A program made the translations under genes and the position numbers. This document shows positions 1-12,700 of a stretch of DNA of 64,000 nucleotides, piece after piece. How positions within the stretch are numbered: the stretch's first letter is position 1; each line of letters starts with the position of its first letter. This stretch comes from Phoronis australis (lineage: Eukaryota; Animalia; Phoronida): NCBI GenBank assembly GCA_002633005.1, contig NMRA01000388.1, forward strand, positions 1-64,000, written 5' to 3'. Under the pieces are notes generated by a model that saw nothing but the letters and a program-made list of their open reading frames with translations, ran no database searches and had not been told where the DNA came from.

Positions 1-159
1 TATTGCGACACTTCATTTTATTTTTTAAGTATTCCTGACAGAATTTGAAATGGGACCAAGTTATCCGACTATTACCGCGACTGTCTACAATTTTCAAGGA
101 CACGATCCACCCACTTAAAATGAGCCCATGGCTTAATGCCAAACATAAAAAAAATTTAC

Positions 160-289
160 CTGTCGCTGGCGTGGTTGTTTTTAAGAACCTTGCATTCCAT
201 GCAAGTGCTTGATGACCCTTCAGTATGGCATTATTGAAACATTTCGTGTAAATTTGCCTAAAACCTAAGCGAACTATGGAAGCCGCCAT
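160..289 (-). CDS. PDHX: First coding exon of a nuclear-encoded mitochondrial protein, probably pyruvate dehydrogenase complex component X (rest of gene lies left of the window)
   Basis: ATG at 289 (context AAAAATGGCG) reads MAASIVRLGFRQIYTKCFNNAILKGHQALAWNARFLKTTTPAT-G into a CAG|GTAAAT donor (phase 1). It is Arg/Lys/Ala/Leu/Thr-rich with no Asp/Glu, as for a presequence. The symbol is inferred from the known head-to-head PDHX-APIP arrangement in vertebrates and the recalled MAASWRLG start of human PDHX; no lipoyl domain is visible in the window. Confidence 0.55.
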
Positions 290-750
290 TTTTCTTTTAG
301 CACAGTGACAAAAGTTCCACAAAATTCAAACATGGACCTCTGGCCAACTACTTCTATTAATAGAGTGATAACAGCTAAATTTTATTTAAATAATTAATCA
401 CTGTGTTTAAAGTTGTCAGACTTTCTTTTATTTTCGGCAATTTTATTGTTGGTCTTGAGATTAACTAAGAAAGGTCACTGAAGTTCAAGACACGAGTTGA
501 CTGCATGCGAGTTCACTCGAGAGCCGTGGGCCAGCTGAGTCCGTTGACAGACCGGAGCAGGCCTCTGTCATCCGTCCTTTACGTTGCAGTAACCAATCCT
601 GGCATCATTGAATACCAGTGACAAGTGACTGGTGTCAATCAATTCGAGGTCTAAAAAAGCGAAAGGAATCCAAACAGACGGAATCTGAAATCAGTTTGCC
701 AACTGATGCAATAATACATTGTATTGATAATTGATATAATCTGAATTATT
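282..750. promoter_or_regulatory. Probable bidirectional promoter between the PDHX-like gene and APIP
   Basis: Divergent start codons at 289 (-) and ~751 (+) are ~460 bp apart. A YY1-type GCCGCCATTT motif at 282-291 overlaps the minus-strand ATG, and 490-600 is locally richer in GC/CpG. Confidence 0.5.
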
Positions 751-795
751 ATGGATGTCAGCAGGGATTTATATGTGGACCACGATTATTCATTG
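751..795 (+). CDS. APIP: APIP exon 1 (best candidate)
   Basis: [15 protein letters not shown] then TTG|GTGTGT donor, phase 0 as exon 2 requires. An alternative candidate is 1184-1285. Confidence 0.5.
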
Positions 796-3700
796 GTGTG
801 TACCGGTGTGAATTTCATCGAAAATCAGTTTCGCACTATATTCTGGTTATGTGGAAAATTCACCTGCCCACAGTCGATATCAAACTCGTGTCGCTGGCAC
901 AGGAGCTAGAGTCCTACGCCAACTGTGGGTCAGATTGGCCAATTACCAGTAGACAGCTCAGTAGTATTGGCAAAAAAGAGGCCTGTATTTGACTGCACAC
1001 TTTAGAAACTTAGCCCATACTGCAGCTGTGCATACTTCGTCAATAGATTTATACACAGGTCGCGATCATAGACAAAATCTTGATATCAGTTATAATGGCT
1101 GGTCTAACTTAGTAAGTGCGGAGCAGGGCAACTACCAAATTAGCGATGACCTCGGGACAATAAAATACTGGCTGAAGTAATAGATGCAAATAGGCAAGTT
1201 TCGAGAAAGGGAAGCAGAAAAAATGAAGTCCATTCATCAAAAGCACAAATGGTCACTTGTCATTCTTTTGATGCCGGTATTAAAGGTAATGGGTTCTTTT
1301 TCTGATAATAACCACATGTGGAGATAATCTGACTTGATCTCTGTAACATATAGTACATGCTGTTGTTCCCTTGTGAAGGAGATGTTTGGGTCAGTCCTAA
1401 GCAATTTGTTGTAATGTCTGTTTTATACTATTGTTTTATTACAGGACCACCCCCGAAACTTGATCCCAGAATTATCACGCTTGTTTTATGACCTTGGTTG
1501 GGTGACTGGTACTGGCGGAGGTGTCAGTATAAAACATGGGTAAGAATGAAGTCAACAGAGTGCGTCATATATCTTATTGAGTCAAAATAATATAATCAAT
1601 ATTACCTGCTCGTTATATACAATATGTTACGGCAACATTGTGAGGATGGCGGTAGGCACATTCTGTAAAAATGCTGCTGTATACCTATGGGTTTGGAGAG
1701 GTATGTTTATATTATACCAGGTGATGTAGATTTATCTGTTTCAGTATTTCATCGGAGATTAATTGACTGACATACAAAATTGGCACTTTGTAATTAATAA
1801 TTCGACTAAATATCAATTCGGTAGTACCATCAAAACGGAATTACAGTGTGAAAAATACCTGTACTTTTCAGACATCTACCTGTGACAAGTACTTGCTCAT
1901 TTAGGTGCTCAATGCCCAAGCTTTACATTGAAACAGGGCGGCACGCAAGTCTAACAGAGGATTTGTGGAATATGCAATACTGGTCATATTTATAATGAGA
2001 TTCATTTAGTGTCACTGCCCTGTCTTTGGTGATGGGTGCAGAAATTTGTTGACGAATACGACAGATGATGCCAGAATAGTAAGATTATTTCGAAGCCATG
2101 ACATTTGAGAAGTACTGAAAAAGCCTGACGCTATACATTTCAAGAGCAACAGTGCTAGAGCTGAACTTTTATCATTGTAAAGTTGTAATGTAAACTATAT
2201 TATAAGTCCAAGGCCTAAGTAAAATAAACATTTCTGATTTTTATTTATGCTTCTCAAATTTCCTAGTTGTGAAGTTGACTCAAAAATTCAAAATTATCAG
2301 TTGCTGATGGTTCACTATCTGTTTGCTAAATGTTCAGTTGTGTGATGCAAAAAGTGATGAATTTTTTCTTGTGTGTGGTTCACTGCAAAAACTGAATTAG
2401 ATTCACTAAAGAGTGAATTAATCATTTTTATGACACGCTTTAATGTAGTAATTGATCAATCGTTATTTGCTTGATCAAAGCAAATTATCTTTCACTGAAA
2501 GATGTTAACATTTTGGATGACATTTTTATAGACGTTCATATTTTTTGAAAATTATCTCCACGAAAAAAGCAGTGTTTTCATTTACCAGTAAATACTGATA
2601 ATTTACGACACTTAAGTCAGACTGGAAATTCTTATTTCTGTATATAAATTGTTGGAGCAATTAAATTGATTGCAACTAATCTTCCCACGAGCCAATTAAA
2701 TGTTGCAAATTTTTAGCATTTTTTCTCTTAAAGCAATAAATTGAGAGTTAAAATGCCTTTGGAATCTAAATGCCAACATTTGCAAACTTGACAGCAAAGT
2801 TTGATTGCACAATAATAGCACATAAAGCAAATGCTAGGCATTTTACTATTTGTCTCATTGTTAAAAACATTTCTACAGCAAAATTCATCCAGTAACACGT
2901 GTTCGGGCAATCTTGAACCAGCGCCACTTGTGCTGTTGCGGATAAGTATTTTAATTACAACAAAATTAATATTTTGTGCTGTATTATGTTCAGTGCCAAG
3001 TTTCTTCATGTCTCAATTTATTTTCATTTAACTATGGATAACTTTAATCTATCATCCCCAAATAACATGTGAACTTATTAACTCAGACCTCACCTAAACA
3101 TCTGTTTCTGGACGAATTTTGCTGCAGGACTCGCACATTTAGTGTACCATCCGACATAGGTCATGTGTCACTGTCTCGATTTTCATCTGAGAAAGTCAAC
3201 TTAAATTTAAATGACGGCCGAATTTCCAGGGACCAAAATTTAATCAATCAGCTGGTCAGTGTTCAAAAACCCAGCAGAACCTATGAAAAGTTGCAGCTTT
3301 ATTATTAGATTTTTGTGCAACAAATAAGGTATTGATTGGTATTGAGTGACTGAGATAAATAAAACTAATTTTGGGAAATTCTGCTTTGAGTTTACTGTTT
3401 CTTGTAGGCATGAAATCTTTATTGCGCCATCTGGTGTCCAAAAGGAGAGGCTTCGACCAGAAGATCTGTTTGTGCAGACAATCAGAGATGAAGATGTCTT
3501 AATACCTGCGCCACATAAGAAGCTAAAGAAGAGTCAGTGCACACCATTATTCATGAATCCCTACACCATGAGAAGTAAGCTGTTTCTCGCTACACATTCA
3601 TGTTATACAAACTCTTCTTTCCAAAGATTTCTGTGTAAGCCCAGTATATACCTACCTGGTGGCAGTTTGTAGACCAACTGTTAAATCCAAATGTTTTGAT

Positions 3701-6700
3701 GAGTTTCTGTTGTAGTAGTGTTTTAGGCCACTTCTGATTAGAAGCTTTCAAAAATTGTACTGTTAAAGCATTTGTAACTTTATTTCCACTTGACCTGTAG
3801 TGTATGTAATCATATTCACTATACCAGTATGCAGGGATGTACCTTAACGGTCGCCCAGCCACCTAAGGCAACTAAGTTTCAAGCCAAGTGCCTGCATTTC
3901 ACCAGTTCTGTTGTCCAGGTGGCTAGATTTATAATTAGCATTAATAACTTGTTTTCTAAACATTCCCAAAATCATGTTGACATTTACGAGCGAAGTAACT
4001 CCATTGAGTATTTTCCCATTAAGCACATTTAATACCACGACCATATTGAGGAAATTCGGTGTTTTCCGTTCTTATCCAGCTATGCCCTCGCAATTTCAAA
4101 GTCAAATTTGGATAAATGCGGCATTTTCCAGCATTTACTGTATAATACAAAGTCTATGTTCATTCACAACACATACATGCGCATAACTATGCCTATGCCA
4201 CTTCAAACGTACGTGAGACAATCGAAAACGTGTGCTCACTGTGCGGGGATTGAGAGACACACTTAGCAAATTGTTTAGTATATTGTGTGGAGTTTTGCCT
4301 TCAGGACGAACATTGCAAACACACAAAATGCAAATATCTCATGCATTATGAAGAAAGCTAGCCCTGTCAATCATGTTAAAAGTCTTGGACAGTGAACAGG
4401 TCGTCGGTCTACCGACACGTAGCATAGCATGAAATGCACCAATTTTCCAGTAAGAATTTTATTCCTGCACGTCACATCATACCAATTGAAAATTTCAGAT
4501 GGCAGAGACCCTATCAAAGTTTTTCTGTCGCACTCTATACAATAATGAGCTGTTGGTGTGTTATAAAAAATCTTTCCTGTAAAACTTTAATTTCGTGAGT
4601 TCACAGATATAGGGTCACACCAAGTAGACCTATGTACATACATCAATGGTTATACTTAAAACAATGCACAATCATTCTTTCATGTTGGTGCGGTGTCCAA
4701 AAAGAGAGGCCTCAACAAATAGTGGTTCGATAGACTCGTTACAAACCATTCGATAGACTCGTTACATACCATTCGATGGACTCTTTACATGCCATTTGAT
4801 AGACTTGTTACATACCATTCAATAGACTTGTTACATACCATTCGATAGACTCTTAACGTACCATTCGATAGACTTGTTACATACCATTCGGTAGACTCGT
4901 TACATACCATTCAATAGACTCGTTACATACCATTCGATAGACTCGTTACTTACCATTTGATAAATTTTTTACATACCATTTCCCTTTACTGTTAATACCA
5001 ATAAATTTCCAACATCACAGTCTGATCTAGAATCATGTTGGATTAAACTTGACAAACAAGCCTATTATGTTGGATTAAACTTGAAAAACAAGCCTATTGT
5101 GTTGGATTAAACTTGACAAACATGCCTATTGTGTTGGAATACAATGCTGCGGTAGTAAGCGAATCAGAGCTTTCGGTCACACAAAGGAATCAGCCTGTGA
5201 AAGGTTAAAAAGATAATAAACCCGGTTTTGATGATAACTACCAATCCTTGCTCTGTCAGGTGGCATCAGTCTTCCAAGTTAAAGGCCGGAATCAACTAAA
5301 AATTCGCATTCCCCATGTCAGATTGGGCATTGAAGTCCTTGGTGGATGGTCTTTTCCCACAGTTGCTGTGTAATTCACTTAAAACGTAGGTTACGCTTGC
5401 TCATTGAACTGACTTTGAAAGGAGTTTTCAGATTTCCCTCCAAACTTTTGAGGGTTGTCAAGGGTTTCAGAATATTAATTTGTGTCAGAGAACTAGATGG
5501 GAAAGTTGTCTTTAGTATCTGTTAATAGGCCAAAACCAGGTTTGGTATCATTTTAAGTCTAATTTCTCGTTTGAAGTTATTTGTGATACTATTTCATAAA
5601 AACCATCTTCATGACATTTGTTGAACATCGTTCAGAAATGGTAATAGTATTGGTTAGCGTTAGATGCGCTGTTTACAACATAATTGCTGAATTACGTGAG
5701 CTTATCAGATGCAAGCAGAAAATGAGAAAGCTGCACCATGTAAACATTGGTTTACCAACTTTCTCCGCTTGCTATCACTGTCTAACTGATAGCGACACGG
5801 CTGTAACCCGAGTTAGCGAGTTCCTGATCAGCGAAATCGGGAAACTCACCTCATAGCGCGGGAGCGTAACTTTGGAGACCTGGAGCAAACAGTGATTTGT
5901 TATTTTGTTTATTTTTAGTGAAGTTCATATTGCAGAAAACTGAAATATTTGACTGAATGCAACATGGCCGACTTTCAGTTTATAAGTTGGACTGTGGCAG
6001 GTGTACCAGGATTTAAGCAAGATCGGCATTTTTTGATTATTATAGGCTGCTTTTATTCTTTGAAAATAGCCATGATTCTAGTAATTTTTGTCAAGATGAA
6101 ACACGTATCTGAACTCTTAAACTGATTTCATTAGAATTCTGTAGTGCAAGAAATGAAGTTTTCCTTGAAAGGTTGATTTTCTCTCGACGACTGACTGGGA
6201 TCGCGACGGTGAACCATGATTGAAGCTGGCGCAGAATATGCAAGGCATTTTTATGCGCCCACATATTTATATGTGGACGCATTATGCCGTCATCTCCGTC
6301 TGTCCGGGCGGCGTCCGTCCGGCGTACGCTGCTTTATCTCCAAAACCCTTTGACATACATTCATGAAATTTGGCACATGTGTTCCATTCATGCATGGGAC
6401 GGCAGATCCGAGTACTGGTGTGCCCCCTAGTGGCAATTTTAGTTTTTTACGCTTACCTTTGTATCTTCAAAAGTCCTGAACGGATTTTCATGAAATTTGG
6501 TATGTAGGCACCTATTAGTGAGATGATGCTATCCTCCCGTTTTCAGATGGATTCGACATGGTTTGCGCCACCTAGTGGCCATTTTTAGTGTTTTCGAGTC
6601 TGTTTTTGTGCGTCCACCCCTCTATCAACCAAACCGCNATTCTAATGCTGTGCTAATCTCGTATGTTGGTAAATTTGTTTTTAATTCTATGTTTCTGTGG

Positions 6701-9700
6701 TGCTTTAAGCAACTGATGTATAGGATGTGCTTGTATTATGAAGATCACTCACATTTTGCCCCTAGCCTATTGAGGAGACAATGACCATGCCTTTCCATTT
6801 TGCAAAGTACAACATACTACATATATGCCCTCTACTGGCCACTTTATGGTACCAATAAACAACCCTAGAAGGATACCGTATACGGTGCAATTGTGGGCGC
6901 ATTCCAACGCTCTGCGTTGCTCTTGTTTATGTTTTTTGCACATTGATACTATCATTTTTGAAAATGAAAAATTTCGCAATATTGGCTGGATCTAATTAGT
7001 ATGTCACCAATTCAATTACCTTTCTTTGAATTCTCCTGCACAAAAGATAATTTATTTTTTTGAAAGGATAACTCACTGCATGGTTCCCTTGAACTTAAGT
7101 TATACGTTTTCCTTTTACAAATACCCTTTTCTTTCTGTTTATTGGAAACTGTATCGTTTTAAGAGTACTTAAATTTAAGGTCCACTCCACCTGTTGGGCA
7201 TTCATGTGATTGTCGTAACTATCCTTCAAAAATGTTGGTCCCTAAATTTTAGTTTGGGCTATTAGGATTTGAAAGCTGGTGGCCCAGTTGCAACTACCCA
7301 GTTTTATTTGAGGTATATCCTTGTAAAGTGGCTTATCTGAGACCGCCTGCTGCTGTAGTGAGCGTGTGACCTGTATGTGATTATAGTTCTTCATTATTAC
7401 AGTGCGTGTGGAAATTCCTAATTGCCTGCATTAGAGTCAATATTCTCATAATAAATGCCATTGACGTATGTCATGATGAAACAAAGAAACTCGTTACATT
7501 CTGTGGACTTAGGACTTTTCATTCTGCAATTAGTTTTAGAAAATTGTTTATTTGCCACTTCCTATGTGGTAATTGCATATTGCAGTCACGCAATAAAGGC
7601 TTAGCCATGTAGCAATTAGCACATCCCACTCCAAATTATCTCAGTGAGAATAGCAAGAGGTAGCCTGGCAGGGACAATTGTTGTGGCGTTTTTTAACATG
7701 TTTCGGAATGTCATTTAAAAAGAAACTGTGACAAGCTGTCAGTAATCAAAGTATTGGGAAGCAGTTGAATCGTTTACCTGCAAAGTGGCACCAACTTCAT
7801 CCCTCAAGATGGCGTATTAGTGGCACCGGGGTGTTTTGAATATGACATGTTACACCCCTACAAAGCACACCATTTTTCATGCATTTCCCATAGCTGGAGC
7901 TTCTTATGTCTACTAGTAGATACCACTGATGTTTGTATAATATAATATACTGTATTAAACTGTGACTCACTGATAAGCCATTTCTTCATTCTCTACTATG
8001 TGTTCATGATTGAAGTAAACTCGATGATGGACTTGTGCAGTGAAGTGTCGTAACACTGAAAATAGGGAATTTTAATGTTAAATAACCTTTCAGAGAGCAT
8101 AAGTCATTTTATACAGTCATGTTGCTTTTGTAAAAACATTTTTTGATGGAATGAGCCGGGAAACTGGAGATAGCAAATTTTGAAGATCAGAGCTAGGATC
8201 CCAGGTGCGGTGTGATCCGAACTACTTAGATGGTCTCCGCATAGCAAACACTAGCCTGTAATCAGAGGATTAAACAGGCCCCAGCTTTATGTCAGTTTGC
8301 CTAAATCAAGAGTTAATTCTTTTAAAGGACCATTCATGGTAGCTTACCAGCCAGACTGCAGGACGACTATAAAATCAAAATATTTATACAGCTTTGCACC
8401 AAGACTAGTTTCATAGCAGCTTTGAAGAAGCCTCCGCCTCAATTACTTGTTTACGTTGTTCTTGATCATTCCAGAGGCTGGTGCCTGTATCCACACACAC
8501 TCTAAACATGCAGTGATGGCCACCCTGTTATATCCAGGAACAGAATTCAGAATAAGCCATCAGGAGATGATCAAAGGCATCAGAAACTGTGTTAAAGGTA
8601 TGGTTGGCATTCCACATACTTTGTGGTGTAAGGCAATACCTTTTTTGCATTCCATTCCACTCGCTATGGAATTATTTGCAATGTAGTATTAATGTGGATT
8701 TTGACAGAAATTGGTATTTTTTTATAGCTTACCTCAGAGTTAATTGTAGTTTCCTTGTATGAAACATTTCAATTTTTATGCGCCCACACATTTATATGTG
8801 GACGCATTATGCCGTCATGTCCAGCCAGCGTGCGCTGCTCTATCTCTAAAACCCTTTGACATATTATGTTCATGAAATTTGGCACATATTTTCCATTAAT
8901 GAAAAGGACGACATGAGCGAACTTTCGGACAGATCCGACTACCGGTATGCCCCCTAGTGGCAATTTTACTTTTTTACGCTTACCTTTGTATCTTCAAAAG
9001 TTCCGAACGGATTTTTATGAAATTCGGTATGTAGGCACCTATTAGTGAGATGATGCTATCTTATTGTTTTTGGATGGAATCGAGGTATTTTGCACCACCT
9101 AGTGGCCATTTTTTGCTGTTTTCAAGTCTTGTTTTTGGTGTCCACTCCTGTATCAACCAAATCATTTGAAAATTGGTATATATGTTCTCAGTGTGAGGAT
9201 GACCTTTGATGATGGTTTCTAACTACTGTGGCGCCTCCTCGCGGTAGTTTTGTTTTGCGCCAATAGTTGTATCTCCTAAACCCACTGTAGAATCTTTACT
9301 AAATTTAGTAAATGTATTTATATGAAGATAACAACAGACGACGACTTTCAGGCGAATCCAACGGACACTGTGCCCACTAGTGGCAATTTCATTTTATTCC
9401 GTTTTCCTTTGTTTCTTTGAAGTTCCTTGACAGATTTTTATGAAATATGGCATGTTCCTGTTTTTGAATAGATTGTATGTTTTTGCGCATTCTAGTAGCC
9501 ATTTTTATGATACAAATAAATAACCGTAAAAGCACACCATGTGCAATGCATTTGTGGGCGCCTTTCAATGCTCCGCGTCGCTCTTGTTGTATTTCTAAGC
9601 GGTTGGCGGTTGATCAGAAATGTGTGTGTCGGTTAGTGAATGCAGTTGCTGTTATCTATATGGTCACATCAACAGTGGTTAGTCATACATGTAAGTCTAT

Positions 9701-12700
9701 CATCCATCCACTTGTTGTGTTTGACTTGTGGTTTTGAAAACCTTGTGGCCTGGGGAGTCTGCTTTGTTAGCAGAAAGTTTTGGTCAGAACTATCTGGTGA
9801 TCAGTTTCATATAAGTGTGAAAGTACATATTGAAACCATAACAGCATTGTTTTTGATGTTACATTAAGTAAAATGCAGGTCTCTGGTTATCTATGAAAGA
9901 GAATTTGTGTGTTGAATCACTGTTCTGCAGTTGACGTATATGTACTTATCCCTGGAGTGGTAGTACGGTTGCCACTTCCAGGGGTCCCTCATTTAAAGAA
10001 CCAGTTTTCTCCTTTGAATGACGATCATCAAACTGGTTCTCAGAACTCGGGTCCCCTGTTAGTGACTATCACCCATAGAGCTATAGAAAATGACATTAAT
10101 GGCCTAGCAACATGATATGGCTTTGTTCTCCATTCACTTCCATTGAGCAAAAAAAGGGGGAGGGGCCTGCACAGACTGGGTTCTAAAGCAAGTTGGATGT
10201 TATGTTTCTTCAATCGAAGTAAATGCCTTTTGCCAGGCTGATCACGTCACTTTATATTGTCTCATGGATCGTAAATACACTGAAGGGAAACAGTAATTAA
10301 CCTGCAAAATGTATTACTAAGAAAATCATGGAAGGTATCTATTTGTTTGCCTAAACATTAACAAAAATGGTTACGTTTCCCTTTACGGCGCCTTAGCCCA
10401 GTGAACTCGACGGTTCTTGAAGGATTCTTAAAAATTTTTTAATGAAATAACAAAACCTGATTTCTTCAAATGACTTTTGTATGGGAATTCCTTCAAGTTT
10501 GCGATGTTGTACCATTTGTATTGATTTTCCAGGAAAAAATTACAAGTATGATGAGATGCTTGTGGTACCTATTGTGGAGAATACACCTGAGGAAAAGGAT
10601 TTGAAGGTTTGTTCTAACCGCATTCTACAGTCCTAATAAGTGCACTCTGGAGTTTTTGTGCTTCCCCATTTAATCAAAGGACTACGGTAAAATATCACAA
10701 ACTTCGTTTAAAATATCATTTTTTTTTCATTTTTAAGGCCTTTTAACATTGAAGTAAATTCCCACGTTTTTTAAACCATTGTCTGATTGTGGGTATAGTA
10801 CAAACTGAACATGCAAAAGCATTTTACTTTAGTGTAACATTTCGTTCATGTAAAAACTTGTCTCAGGTTTAAGACATGGGCAAAACCTCTTGGAAATTTC
10901 GTCAAGGCTTGCTGAGGGATTTTGACGAAATTTCCAAGAGGTTTTGCCCATGTCATCAATTTGAGACGAGTGCAGAATTTGTTTTCTCACATGAACCGTA
11001 AAAATGACCTTTTTGCCAAAAAACTCGACATGTATAAAACTTTCAACCATATGACACAACTTTTGTAAAAACACGCTGCGCAATGTAAAGTAATTCAGTT
11101 ATTTTTGTTAATAGTTTTATTTTAACCTTAGCAATTGTAAATTGCATTCAGCTTTCGTAGTAAAAATTCAAGTTAGAATCTAATAAATAGTCTTTGATCA
11201 GAAGGTGTAATATTAAAACTCAAAAAAATATTTATAAATAAGTCAGCAAGGCTTCCCCGTGCGTGAGCACTGAATTGACCTTGGGACAGCACAGCTAGAC
11301 AGTCTGACCGAGTTTCTTGAGTTGGGGTTTGTCTCTGTTTGAATGAACGTGGATATGGAATTCGCCGCCGAAAATGGGTCCGTTTAAGAAGTTGTTTGCA
11401 TGTCCTTCCGACTGGGAATACATACAGTTGAGACACCCGATTTGTCAATCATAACCTTGTCACCTTCTTGGAATTCCGGCATTGTTTGGTTGGCGCACGT
11501 TTGGTTGTAAGTTATTCAATTAGTTATTTGTCATTATTCTTTACTAGATTGATGCACGACATCTCAGTTCGACTGTGCCTAGGAAATATCGTCATGTGAG
11601 ACTGGTGAAAACGCAAGTTTTTGCAATACCTCAGCGGCTTAACTCAATAAGACATACAGCTGCATTTTTCTTCATTTTTGGTATTTTTTGTGTGCCATTG
11701 ACACATTGTCTGTTACCGTGACAACCCATCTTTTACATCTAATTTCTAACCGTCCTATAAAGCAGCATTAAACTCGTGCTTTCTGTCATAAGTTTTTATC
11801 TATGGACCACTTGCTCAGTTGTGAAATTGGTCTCAAATTGTTCCTGAGTCGAAGCAAGTGTGATTTATAGGCGTGGAAGGAACTGACAGTTCAATAATTC
11901 TTCAGACTGAGGTCATAAAATTTTCATTCATGGCAATGACCTGAAATTGTATCGTCTCGACCAAATATTGAGTTCTATTTCCTACTGAAAAATGCCTAAA
12001 AATTGCCTTAATCAGACCCAAAAATTCCCCTCGAATGATTGAAAAAGTTTCCTTGTGGTTAGAATCAGTTTTAACTTGCACTGGCACGAGCTTCAGAAGG
12101 TTTTATTACTATGAAACTTCTCACCTGACAGTCAGGCCTTACCAGTGTTTATGGCCTTGATGTGGTGAACAGAGTCTGGTTCTATTAGTTTACCAAAAAT
12201 GTAGGAGTGANTCACATAGTATGGAGCAAAGAAAGTCGTTATGGGAGTCCTGGTGTTAATGCAGAAGCATTAGTCTTCGTTTAGAATCTTTATGTCCACT
12301 AGGGGCGTTGTATGTACATCTTAGGGCATTTCCAGAGTGCATTGTAATTGTGGTCCACCCCCGCTCCTAGGTGATTGTTAATTGGCTAAATATGTGTTAC
12401 CATTTTCATCTAACAAGGCAATCAGAGTACCGTTTTCATGGTTTTTTAGCTTGAGAAGTAATTTACAGCGCTCATTTCGAATATTGGTTTTCAACGTGTG
12501 ATGCTTTTTAGACTGAGGAATTGTTAGCTAGGTCATGCTAAAAACTGCAGTAAGTACATGCAATGTAAATTTAGTCAAGACTTTATGTTTACTCTATTCG
12601 TGTAGGTCTGTTGGATATTGTATGCCTAGTGTTCATTGTTTTAACTGTAACAGCTGCTTTGTGGTGGTTTCGTCAATGCGGGTTTGAGTCCCGTGTGCCA

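Noticed and set aside
1184-1285. Alternative APIP first exon ([10 protein letters not shown]...MPVLK|gtaatg)
   Set aside because: Phase-compatible, but the peptide is unlike APIP N-termini; 751-795 gives a more typical length and a D-x-x-x-D/E-HPR context. Not fully excluded.
4728-4980. CRISPR-like array
   Set aside because: The units are contiguous with no unique spacers, there are no cas genes, and the context is a eukaryotic intron; it is a minisatellite.
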